Shown here: positions 16,570-25,200 of the stretch, piece after piece
How positions within the stretch are numbered: the stretch's first letter is position 1
Layout: the number at the start of each line of letters is the position of its first letter
DNA from: an uncultured Saprospiraceae bacterium
Lineage (GTDB): Bacteria > Bacteroidota > Bacteroidia > Chitinophagales > Saprospiraceae
Assembly (NCBI GenBank): GCA_965652315.1
Contig: CBFGVZ010000001.1
Coordinates: 2,147-66,146, forward strand
Length of the DNA: 64,000 bases
Direction: 5' to 3'
The notes under the pieces: generated by a model
The model's input: only the letters and a program-made list of their open reading frames with translations
The model's database searches: none
What the model was told of the DNA's origin: nothing
Translations under genes and position numbers: made by a program

Positions 16570-19218
16570 TTAGTCTTTTGCTTTTGTCAGATTCTGTAAT
16601 TCTTTCAGTTTCAGCAGGCTTTCGATAGGGGAGAGGCGGTTGATATCCAGTTGGGATAATTCCTCTTTAATTTTCAGGGAATTTTCGTCCTGAACATCAA
16701 AAATCTGAAGCTGCAAGGCATTACCATTGTTGGCAGGACGGGGTATTGATCTGGTCTTTTTGGGTCTGGGGCCGGCTGGTACTGAACCGTCGTCCGGAGA
16801 AAGATGATGCCCCTCCATTTTTTGCAGGATTTCTTCGGCCCGTTCGATGATTTGACGAGGCAATCCGGCCATTTGGGCTACATGTATCCCAAAGCTATGC
16901 TCACTTCCGCCAGCGACCAGCTTGCGCAGGAAAATAATCCGATTGTCGACTTCCTTTGTGGACACGTGATAATTACGGATCCGTTCGTACAACTCTTCCA
17001 GTTGGTTGAGTTCATGATAATGTGTGGCGAACAAGGTCTTTGGGTGAGCGGTAGGGTGTTCATGTAGATATTCGGTCATGGACCAGGCGATCGAAATACC
17101 ATCGTAGGTACTGGTGCCCCGGCCGATTTCGTCCAGCAGGATCAGACTGCGTGCCGAAAAATTATTGATGATATTGGCGGCTTCGATCATCTCTACCATA
17201 AAAGTAGATTCCCCCCTGGACAGGTTATCTGAGGCCCCTACCCGGGTGAAAACCTTGTCCAGCAGTCCGATTTCCGCGCTTTCAGCCGGGACATAACTTC
17301 CCATCTGTGCCATGAGGCAAATCAGAGCGGTCTGCCGCAGAATAGCTGATTTACCTGACATATTGGGGCCAGTGATCATTAGAATCTGCTGGTCATCATT
17401 GTGGAGATAAATATCATTTGCGATGTAAGATTCTCCCGGGGGCAATTGATGTTCGATGACAGGATGACGACCATTTTTGATCCGAATACCCAGGCCATCA
17501 CTGATTTTCGGTCTGTCGTATTCATTTTCCAGGCTCACGGCCGCAAAGGCGATGAGACAGTCGAGCTGGGCGAGCATATGCGCATTGGTCAGTAAAGTTT
17601 TGAGATATTTTTGCAAGTGTTCGATGAGCTCGTGGTAAAGCTTTTCCTCCAGTTCCAGGATTTTGTCTTCTGCCCCCAGGATCTTGTCTTCGATTTCCTT
17701 GAGTTGAGGCGTGATGTATCGCTCTGAATTCGTCAGGGTTTGCTTGCGGATCCAGTTGTCTGGAACGAGGCCTTTATCCTTGTACTTATTGGTGACCTCC
17801 AGATAATATCCGAAAACATTGTTGAATCCGATCTTGAGACTGCTAATACCCGTTTTCCCGATTTCGGTTTCCTGGATCTGAAGCAACAATTCCTGATTGT
17901 TGTCGATCAGATTCCGAAGCTCATCCAAATCCGGATCAAATCCCCGTGCGATCACGCCTCCTTTAGATACCAGGGCAGGGGCATCCGGGTTCAGTTGCTT
18001 TTCAATCCGGGCAATCAGATCCTCGCAGGGATTGATCTGATCACGGATAGCGTTGACCAGCACCGAATCGATCTGCATCAAGTCTGATTTCAAACCGGGT
18101 AGTCCCGACAAGGCCAGGCGAAGTTGGTTGATTTCCCGTGGTGAAATTTTAAAGGCTGCGATACGGGAAGAAATGCGTTCCAGATCCCCTGTGCCTTTAA
18201 GAAATTCACGCGCAGATTCCCGCAGGGCGTTTTCATTCCTGAACATCGTGACTGCATCCAGTCTTTTTTCTATCTCAGCCATATCTGTCAAAGGGAGGGC
18301 AATCCACCTTTTCATCAATCTTGACCCCATGGGCGACCGACAGGTGTCCAGTACATCAAGGAGTGATATCCCGGTCGGATGACTGCTTTGCAGAAGTTCG
18401 AGATTGCGCATGGTAAACCGGTCCAGCCACACGAATTGTTCTTCACGTATTCGCTGAAGTTTGAGTATATGACTAACATCGTGTTGCTGAGCACTGTCCA
18501 GATAGTGCATTGCCGCTCCAGCAGCAATTTGCCCAAGTTCCATTTCTTCTACCCCGAAGCCTTTCAGATTGAGGGTCTTGAAATGGTCGAGGAGTTTTTC
18601 ACGCGCATATTCCCGGGTAAACACCCATTCGTCGATCGCATAAGTATAATATTCATCTCCGATCCAGCTTGCGATATCTCTTTTAAGTTCCCTCGAATGT
18701 ATGATTTCCGACGGATGGAAAGAATCGAGGAGTTTTTCAATGGCCATTTTCTTTCCTTCGGCGATATAAAATTCTCCCGTGGATATGTCCAGGAAGGCTA
18801 TACCGTATTCATCTCCGTTTCGGTAAAGTGATGCCAGGAAATTGTTTGATTTATGTTCCAGCAGGTTTTCATCTACCGCAATACCAGGTGTGATCAGTTC
18901 GGTGACCCCTCGTTTGACTATTTTTTTCTCTTTGGATGGTTTTTCGAGCTGTTCACAGATGGCTACACGGAATCCTGCCCGGATGAGCTTGGGCAGATAG
19001 ACGTCCAGCGAATGATGTGGGAAGCCAGCCAGTTCGATGTCAGATCCGCCATTGTTCCGTTTTGTGAGTACGATGCCAAGAATATTGGCTACCTGAATGG
19101 CATCCTCCCCAAATGTCTCGTAAAAATCACCCACACGGAAAAGCAGGATCGCATCCGGATAACGGGATTTGATCTGCGAGTACTGGGTCATCAGCGGCGT
19201 TTTCTTATTCCTGGCCAC
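16570..19218 (-). CDS. mutS: DNA mismatch repair protein MutS
   Basis: TPLMTQY, LFRVGDFYETF, ITGPNMSGKS, STFMVEM, DEIGRGTST and FATHYHEL motifs; GTG start. Confidence 0.98.
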   Translation of the reverse strand: MARNKKTPLMTQYSQIKSRYPDAILLFRVGDFYETFGEDAIQVANILGIVLTKRNNGGSDIELAGFPHHSLDVYLPKLIRAGFRVAICEQLEKPSKEKKIVKRGVTELITPGIAVDENLLEHKSNNFLASLYRNGDEYGIAFLDISTGEFYIAEGKKMAIEKLLDSFHPSEIIHSRELKRDIASWIGDEYYTYAIDEWVFTREYAREKLLDHFKTLNLKGFGVEEMELGQIAAGAAMHYLDSAQQHDVSHILKLQRIREEQFVWLDRFTMRNLELLQSSHPTGISLLDVLDTCRSPMGSRLMKRWIALPLTDMAEIEKRLDAVTMFRNENALRESAREFLKGTGDLERISSRIAAFKISPREINQLRLALSGLPGLKSDLMQIDSVLVNAIRDQINPCEDLIARIEKQLNPDAPALVSKGGVIARGFDPDLDELRNLIDNNQELLLQIQETEIGKTGISSLKIGFNNVFGYYLEVTNKYKDKGLVPDNWIRKQTLTNSERYITPQLKEIEDKILGAEDKILELEEKLYHELIEHLQKYLKTLLTNAHMLAQLDCLIAFAAVSLENEYDRPKISDGLGIRIKNGRHPVIEHQLPPGESYIANDIYLHNDDQQILMITGPNMSGKSAILRQTALICLMAQMGSYVPAESAEIGLLDKVFTRVGASDNLSRGESTFMVEMIEAANIINNFSARSLILLDEIGRGTSTYDGISIAWSMTEYLHEHPTAHPKTLFATHYHELNQLEELYERIRNYHVSTKEVDNRIIFLRKLVAGGSEHSFGIHVAQMAGLPRQIIERAEEILQKMEGHHLSPDDGSVPAGPRPKKTRSIPRPANNGNALQLQIFDVQDENSLKIKEELSQLDINRLSPIESLLKLKELQNLTKAKD

Positions 19219-19224
19219 GTATGA

Positions 19225-20067
19225 TTATTTTTTTAGGATTAATAGGATTCCATTGCTCCGTTCCATTTGCTCAGGACGGAACCAGGTTTCTGCAAACTGT
19301 AAAGATACAAAGATTGGCGCCAATATTATAAACAACAAACCGGGGATGATTTTGGTCGCCCCCGGCCAGTGCGTAATCAGGATCAAAAGGGATTGCATGA
19401 TTTCGTGACCCAGCGTAGCCATCGGACCATAATGCCTTTCTTCATAAACCACCTGATAGCCGGCCTTTTGAATCCACTCCCGGAGTTGCATAGCTGTCAT
19501 GGGATGATAGAGGGACTGGGCTTCGTCGTAATGACCGTATTTTTTTCGGATAAAGTGGTAAAATTTATAATGATAGCCAGGGTTTACGGGGCTGTACAAC
19601 AGTAGCGTGCCTCCGGGAGGCTGGCCCTCGTAGCTCAATCGGATGATCCTTGCTGGATCTTTGGTGTATTGCAGCACACTGATCAGAAAAATGAAGTCAT
19701 ATGCCAGGGTTGTTGTCAAATGTTTTTCCAGATCTTCATGGACGAATTTACAATTGGGAGACCCGGTCTTTTTTTTCCACGCATTAAGAAAGTGGATATG
19801 GGTCGGTAATGCATCGATACCTGTAAAATTAAAGGTTCGATAATGACGGATCATCGGAAGGAGAAATTGCCCTTCTCCGCAGCCACCATCCAGAATCGAA
19901 GCGGAAGCGTTCTGTGAGGAGTCCAACAACCGGCGAATTTCCCGAGTGCAGATCCTGGAACGCCGGAACAACATTTTCAAAACAAGAAAGTGAATATGAA
20001 TCAGCCGGGGATTGCGAAGCAGCCAAGCCGGATAATGATGTTGTTCAAGGATATTCCGGAGTTGCAT
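19225..20067 (-). CDS. Class I SAM-dependent methyltransferase
   Basis: Motif I ILDGGCGEG; YDFIFLISVLQY. Confidence 0.8.
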   Translation of the reverse strand: MQLRNILEQHHYPAWLLRNPRLIHIHFLVLKMLFRRSRICTREIRRLLDSSQNASASILDGGCGEGQFLLPMIRHYRTFNFTGIDALPTHIHFLNAWKKKTGSPNCKFVHEDLEKHLTTTLAYDFIFLISVLQYTKDPARIIRLSYEGQPPGGTLLLYSPVNPGYHYKFYHFIRKKYGHYDEAQSLYHPMTAMQLREWIQKAGYQVVYEERHYGPMATLGHEIMQSLLILITHWPGATKIIPGLLFIILAPIFVSLQFAETWFRPEQMERSNGILLILKK

Positions 20068-20097
20068 GCGGGGGAATTTCGATTTCAGATCTCCGGC

Positions 20098-21444
20098 TCA
20101 ATATCCCGTGTAATTGAATGGGGTAATAGCCTTCATTTCATCCCGGATATCATCATCCACGTCGAGTTCATCAATAAAGCGGGTAAGCGTTTCCTGCGTA
20201 ATTCTTTCTCCGGTTCTGGTCAGAGATTTCAGCGCCTCATAAGGATTGGGGTAGCGCTCCCGACGCAGGATGTTCTGTAGTGCTTCTGCCACTACCGCCC
20301 AGTTGTCGGCCAGATCTGCATCCAAAGCTTCCCGATTCAACAAGATCTTTCCAAGCCCCTTTTCAAGGGAGGACAGAGCGATCTGGGTATGCGCCACAGG
20401 CACGCCTACATTTCGGGTCACCGTACTATCGGTCAGGTCACGCTGTAACCTGGAAATGGGTAGTTTTTCAGCCAGATATCCGAATATGGCATTAGCAAGG
20501 CCCAGATTGCCTTCTGCGTTTTCAAAATCGATGGGATTGACCTTATGCGGCATAGCTGAGGAACCCACTTCGCCGGCTACGATTTTTTGTTTGAAATAAT
20601 CCTGTGAAATATACTGCCAGATGTCCCTGCACAAATCGATTAGAATAGTGTTGATCCGGGATAAAGTCTGAAACAGCGCTGCCAGGTCGTCGTAGTTCTC
20701 GATCTGAGTCGTCCAACGCTGGCGGCGGATACCCAGATCATTTTCCAGGAAATTTTCGGCAAATTCAACCCAGTCAATTCCGGGAAATGCTGCTTTGTGC
20801 GCGTTGAAATTTCCGGTAGCTCCCCCAAATTTCCCGGAAATCTGGAATTGACTGAGTTGGCTCCATTGATGTCGAAGCCGAAAAGCAAAGACACTAATTT
20901 CTTTACCCAGCCGGGTGGGGCTGGCTGGTTGGCCGTGGGTCCGGGCCAACATAGGCACAGCCTTCCATTCCTCCGATTTTTCTTCCAAAATGCGAATAAT
21001 GTTTTCAATCGCTGGGATGGTAATCTGCTGCATTGCGTCACGCACCATCAGGGGCATTGCTGTGTTGTTGATATCCTGCGAAGTCAATCCGAAATGGATA
21101 AATTCTTTCCACTTTTCCAGGCGGGTGTTATTCAGTTTTTCCTTGATCCAGTATTCGACCGCTTTGACGTCGTGGTTGGTCGTACGTTCGATGGCTTTGA
21201 TATGTTGTGCATCCTCCGGACCGAAAGTTTTTATCCAGGATTGGAGGGTTTCTATGGCCTCATCCGTCAGGTCGGGAAGTCTGGGATCGGATAATCGCGA
21301 CAGGGCAATAAAATATTTTATTTCTACTATTACACGGTATTTGATCAGGGCGTACTCAGAGAAATATTCCTGAAGTGCCTGCGTTTTGCCCGCATACCGT
21401 CCATCGACGGGAGAAATATGGAGGAGGTTATTCGAGTTGCTCAT
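20098..21444 (-). CDS. purB: Adenylosuccinate lyase
   Basis: SPVDGRY, TNHDVKAVEY, RTHGQPA and GSSAMPHKVNPIDFEN motifs. Confidence 0.98.
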   Translation of the reverse strand: MSNSNNLLHISPVDGRYAGKTQALQEYFSEYALIKYRVIVEIKYFIALSRLSDPRLPDLTDEAIETLQSWIKTFGPEDAQHIKAIERTTNHDVKAVEYWIKEKLNNTRLEKWKEFIHFGLTSQDINNTAMPLMVRDAMQQITIPAIENIIRILEEKSEEWKAVPMLARTHGQPASPTRLGKEISVFAFRLRHQWSQLSQFQISGKFGGATGNFNAHKAAFPGIDWVEFAENFLENDLGIRRQRWTTQIENYDDLAALFQTLSRINTILIDLCRDIWQYISQDYFKQKIVAGEVGSSAMPHKVNPIDFENAEGNLGLANAIFGYLAEKLPISRLQRDLTDSTVTRNVGVPVAHTQIALSSLEKGLGKILLNREALDADLADNWAVVAEALQNILRRERYPNPYEALKSLTRTGERITQETLTRFIDELDVDDDIRDEMKAITPFNYTGY

Positions 21445-23527
21445 GTTTTATGACTTGTTGGTGGTATTCTTCTTCCTGCCGTTTGAAATAATAGTAAGTT
21501 TCGAGCTGGCTTTGGATCCGGATATCCTGATCGCTGCGAATGTACGTATTTGATCCGGTTCCGTCAATTTTCCGGGCTTTAACATTGTCGCTCCATTGGA
21601 GTTGAAGGATGTCGTCGATGGTCTGAAAAACATCCGGGTCGTAGATTGGCGTGGCTGTTTCGATCCGGTAATTGAGATTTCTCGTCATCCAGTCGGCTGA
21701 AGAAATGTACATTTTCGGGTTTCCCTGATTGTGGAATTTAAAGACCCGGGCGTGCTCCAGGTAACGGTCCACGATACTGATGGCTGAGATGTTTTCGCTG
21801 AATCCTTCCTGACCGGGAATCAGACAGCAGATACCTCGAACGATGATGCGTACCGGCACACCAGCTTCAGAGGCCCGATACAGCCATTCGATCATTTCGG
21901 GATCCTGTATACTATTGACCTTTAAAAAAATTTCTGAAGGCTGTCCAGTCTGAGCAGCTTCAATTTCATTTTGGACCAGCCGGATCAGGTCGCTTTTTAA
22001 GTTAAACTGACCGACGAGCAAATGGTCAAAATTTTGATTGGGTAGCCGGACTGTTTCGAGAATGGAAAACAATCGGGAGATCTCATTGGAGATATCCACC
22101 TGGCTGGTAAACAAGCCAAAATCGCTATAAATTTTGGCCGTATCTTCATTGAAATTACCCGTGCTTAGATAAGTGTACAATACGGGTTCCCCATTTTCAA
22201 TACGGCGAACCAGCGCAGCTTTGGAGTGGACTTTAAGACCCGGGAAACTATAGTGGACTTTTACGCCTGCCTTCTCCAGGGTTTCACCCCAGTCCAGATT
22301 ACGCTCTTCATCAAACCGGGCTTTGACTTCAATGAAAGCGGTCACATTTTTTCCAGCTTTAGAAGCCTGAACCAGGGCATCCATGATGCGACTGCGTTGG
22401 GCAACACGATACTGAATAATCTTAATGTGCGTGACCTCCGGATCGGTGGCAGCAGCTTCGAAAAACCGAACAACTGAATCATAGGAATGGTAAGGGAACA
22501 TATTGAGGTGATCCCGTTCCCGAATGGTGGAAAATATATCCGTACTGTCCAGAATGGGATGATAATCCAGTGGTTTCAAGGGTTTGAGATGAAGGTGTTC
22601 CTTGCCAAAATGGGGGAAATTGAAAAAATCAAAATTGTTGTGGTATCGGCCTTCGGGGCTGAGATCCAGGTCTTCGATGTGCATGACATCCTGCAGGTAT
22701 TTGAGGAGTTTGTCGGGCATTTCCCGGTCGTACACCAGGCGGGAAGTCGGCCCGATATTTCGCTGATTGAGGCTTTTCTTGATTTTTTTAATCAGGTCTC
22801 CTGAAAATTCGTCGTCGATGTACAATTCTGCATCACGGGTCAGCTTGATGGAATAGGTGTCCTTGATTTCATAACCTGGAAACAACCATGAAATACTGTG
22901 ACGGACTATATCATCGAGAATGATGACGTCGTGATGGCCCCGCTTGGAATTGGAGAGGGGGACGAATCGACCCAGGTGATCAGAAGGTACTTTTACTATG
23001 GCGTATTGGGTTTTGGATTTGGATTTGCTGTCTTTTTCCAGCATATCAACGGCCAGGTATAGTTCGGCGTTGTTGAGAAAAGGCCGGACTTTTTCTTTGA
23101 CGAGGAGTACAGGTTGTACGAATGGCAACATATACTGATGAAAATAATTTTCAATCTCATTCTGCTGAGCCTCGTTGAGGTCGAGTCGTCTACGGATGTG
23201 GATGTTTTCATTTTCCAGATCGGGGAGAATTTCTTCTTCAAAGATCCGACTGACCTCTTTTTGTTGTTCGGTCACCGTTTCCAGCATCTCATCGAGTATG
23301 TCACGGGTTTCGAGATGGAGTTCCTTCTTTTCCTTTTTTCCCAGTCGGAGCAGATTCCGGTGTTGAGATACCCGGACGGAAAAGTATTCTCCCAGGTTGG
23401 AGCTGTAAATGGCGAGGAATTTGATCCGTTCATACAAGGGGTTGAGGTGATCCCTGGCTTCCTGGAGAACGCGTGCATTGAAGGACAACCAGCTAATATC
23501 GCGGTTGACCATAGGATATTTACTCAT
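21428..23527 (-). CDS. ppk1: Polyphosphate kinase 1
   Basis: NRDISWLSFNARVL, ARFDEE.N, KVHSK and RYLEHARV motifs; the stop overlaps the purB start by 17 nt. Confidence 0.97.
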   Translation of the reverse strand: MSKYPMVNRDISWLSFNARVLQEARDHLNPLYERIKFLAIYSSNLGEYFSVRVSQHRNLLRLGKKEKKELHLETRDILDEMLETVTEQQKEVSRIFEEEILPDLENENIHIRRRLDLNEAQQNEIENYFHQYMLPFVQPVLLVKEKVRPFLNNAELYLAVDMLEKDSKSKSKTQYAIVKVPSDHLGRFVPLSNSKRGHHDVIILDDIVRHSISWLFPGYEIKDTYSIKLTRDAELYIDDEFSGDLIKKIKKSLNQRNIGPTSRLVYDREMPDKLLKYLQDVMHIEDLDLSPEGRYHNNFDFFNFPHFGKEHLHLKPLKPLDYHPILDSTDIFSTIRERDHLNMFPYHSYDSVVRFFEAAATDPEVTHIKIIQYRVAQRSRIMDALVQASKAGKNVTAFIEVKARFDEERNLDWGETLEKAGVKVHYSFPGLKVHSKAALVRRIENGEPVLYTYLSTGNFNEDTAKIYSDFGLFTSQVDISNEISRLFSILETVRLPNQNFDHLLVGQFNLKSDLIRLVQNEIEAAQTGQPSEIFLKVNSIQDPEMIEWLYRASEAGVPVRIIVRGICCLIPGQEGFSENISAISIVDRYLEHARVFKFHNQGNPKMYISSADWMTRNLNYRIETATPIYDPDVFQTIDDILQLQWSDNVKARKIDGTGSNTYIRSDQDIRIQSQLETYYYFKRQEEEYHQQVIKHEQLE

Positions 23528-23773
23528 AGTTTATGGCATATTTATTTGGTAAAGTACCATTTCTGTGTGGAATTGGGTTATTTCCTGTCTGATATTTTGA
23601 ATTTTTGATTTCTATGGCCGGATGAAAATAATAAAAATCGGGAATTCATAAAAGTCTCGCAGGGAGTCCCAGACATTTCTCACTCTAATACGATTAGCTG
23701 CGAAGGTTTGTGCGCGAATCCTGTAGATATTAATATAGCATTTAAGTACTGATTAAGTTGTATGCATTCGCGC

Positions 23774-24343
23774 TTACATCCCTATATTCTCCTTGAAAAG
23801 CCGGATCGCGATAGCCAGCAGGATGATGCCAAACACCTTGCGCAGCACTTCGATGCCGTTTTTCCCAATAATACGGCCGATGAAATCTGAAAATTTCAAT
23901 ACGAGAAAGACCAGAATGATGTTGATGATGATTCCTGCCAGGATATTTTCGTTGGAATATTCTGCCTTGAGTGCCAGGATAGTGGTCAGTGCCCCTGCGC
24001 CGGCAATCAGTGGGAAAGCAATCGGGACTATAGAACTGCTCGTGCTTTCGGGCTCGTCCCGGAAAATGCGGATGCCAAGGATCATTTCCAGGCCGAGCAA
24101 AAAGATGACGATGGAGCCGGCCACCGCGAACGAACTGACATCCACCCCAAATAAACCGAGCATTTTCGCTCCGGCAAACAAGAAAAGCACCATGATCAGG
24201 AAGGCTACGATACTGGCATTACGTGACTGGATTTTGATGCCCCGTTCCCGTAAGGATAATATCACTGGGATCGATCCAATGATGTCGATCACCGAAAACA
24301 ATACCAGACTGATGGAAAGAATATCGCGAAAGTTCAGGTCCAT
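23774..24343 (-). CDS. MarC family membrane protein
   Basis: IDIIGSIP and VPIAFPLIAGAG motifs; about 6 TM segments. Confidence 0.9.
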   Translation of the reverse strand: MDLNFRDILSISLVLFSVIDIIGSIPVILSLRERGIKIQSRNASIVAFLIMVLFLFAGAKMLGLFGVDVSSFAVAGSIVIFLLGLEMILGIRIFRDEPESTSSSIVPIAFPLIAGAGALTTILALKAEYSNENILAGIIINIILVFLVLKFSDFIGRIIGKNGIEVLRKVFGIILLAIAIRLFKENIGM

Positions 24344-24366
24344 GATGTGCCGTGTTTTTTGCGCCG

Positions 24367-24374
24367 CAAATGTA
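24367..24374 (-). promoter_or_regulatory. Bacteroidota -7 promoter box for the MarC gene
   Basis: TACATTTG on the minus strand, 23 nt upstream of the ATG. Confidence 0.6.
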
Positions 24375-24680
24375 GGAAGAACTTATAAAATTCCGAATCG
24401 GAGCCCTGGGTTTTGTGTGGTTGAAATATTGGGTTGAATTGTAGTGTTTTGATCTACGCATAGCTCACCATTCGAATGACCAAACATGACCAGTATCGGT
24501 GCGGGTTGATCTGCCTGATTCCCCCGCTCTCTCCGAAATTGTCGATCGGATTTGAGGTGAGGTTTCGTTTACCGGATTTAATGATCAGCCACCAACTGCT
24601 TCCACCGCCGTACGCTGGAAGTTTCCCAACTCAATTTTTCACTGAAACGATTAGCCAAAGGCCAACGACCAATAGCCGCT

Positions 24681-25121
24681 CTAAAACCATCCCGCTCCCA
24701 GCGAGGCCCGGAACGGCCAGGGTATCCCGATCAGGATGAGGACCAGCGCGATCAGGTAGAAGTTGAAAGCCACATTGAACGGTTTAGGCGCACGCTTCGA
24801 ACGGCTGTAGCCCATCGTAATCAGCACTACGGCGACCAGCATTAGCAGTAAATGTTCCACGGTGAAGAACCGATATACCGGGCTGCTCATGGTAGCTCCG
24901 CTGAACTGGACTTTTGGGCTGATAAAATACAGAACCACCCCCACCAAAACCTGAAGGTGGGTAAAGATCAGAGTCAGCAAAACGGCCTTTGTCTCCTTGA
25001 TATCACCAAATTTTCCACGCCTCGAAAACGTCTGAAAAATAGCCAGGATCAGGAACAGCAAAACCAGCCACCGTAGTCCGGAATGAGCTGAATTCAGAAT
25101 ATTATAAAAAGAACCATTCAT
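24681..25121 (-). CDS. Conserved 4-TM membrane protein with three TM histidines (often labelled cytochrome b-like)
   Basis: AHSGLRWLVL, FTHLQVLVG, FFTVEHLLLM and IPWP motifs. Confidence 0.65.
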   Translation of the reverse strand: MNGSFYNILNSAHSGLRWLVLLFLILAIFQTFSRRGKFGDIKETKAVLLTLIFTHLQVLVGVVLYFISPKVQFSGATMSSPVYRFFTVEHLLLMLVAVVLITMGYSRSKRAPKPFNVAFNFYLIALVLILIGIPWPFRASLGAGWF

Positions 25122-25149
25122 TTTTCATTAAATTTGGTGATTAATGCCT

Positions 25150-25157
25150 CAAAGTTA
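25150..25157 (-). promoter_or_regulatory. Bacteroidota -7 promoter box for the 24681-25121 gene
   Basis: TAACTTTG on the minus strand, 28 nt upstream of the ATG. Confidence 0.55.
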
Positions 25158-25200
25158 GACAAATTCTTTCCTATAATGAAAAGGATGCCAATTTATTGAT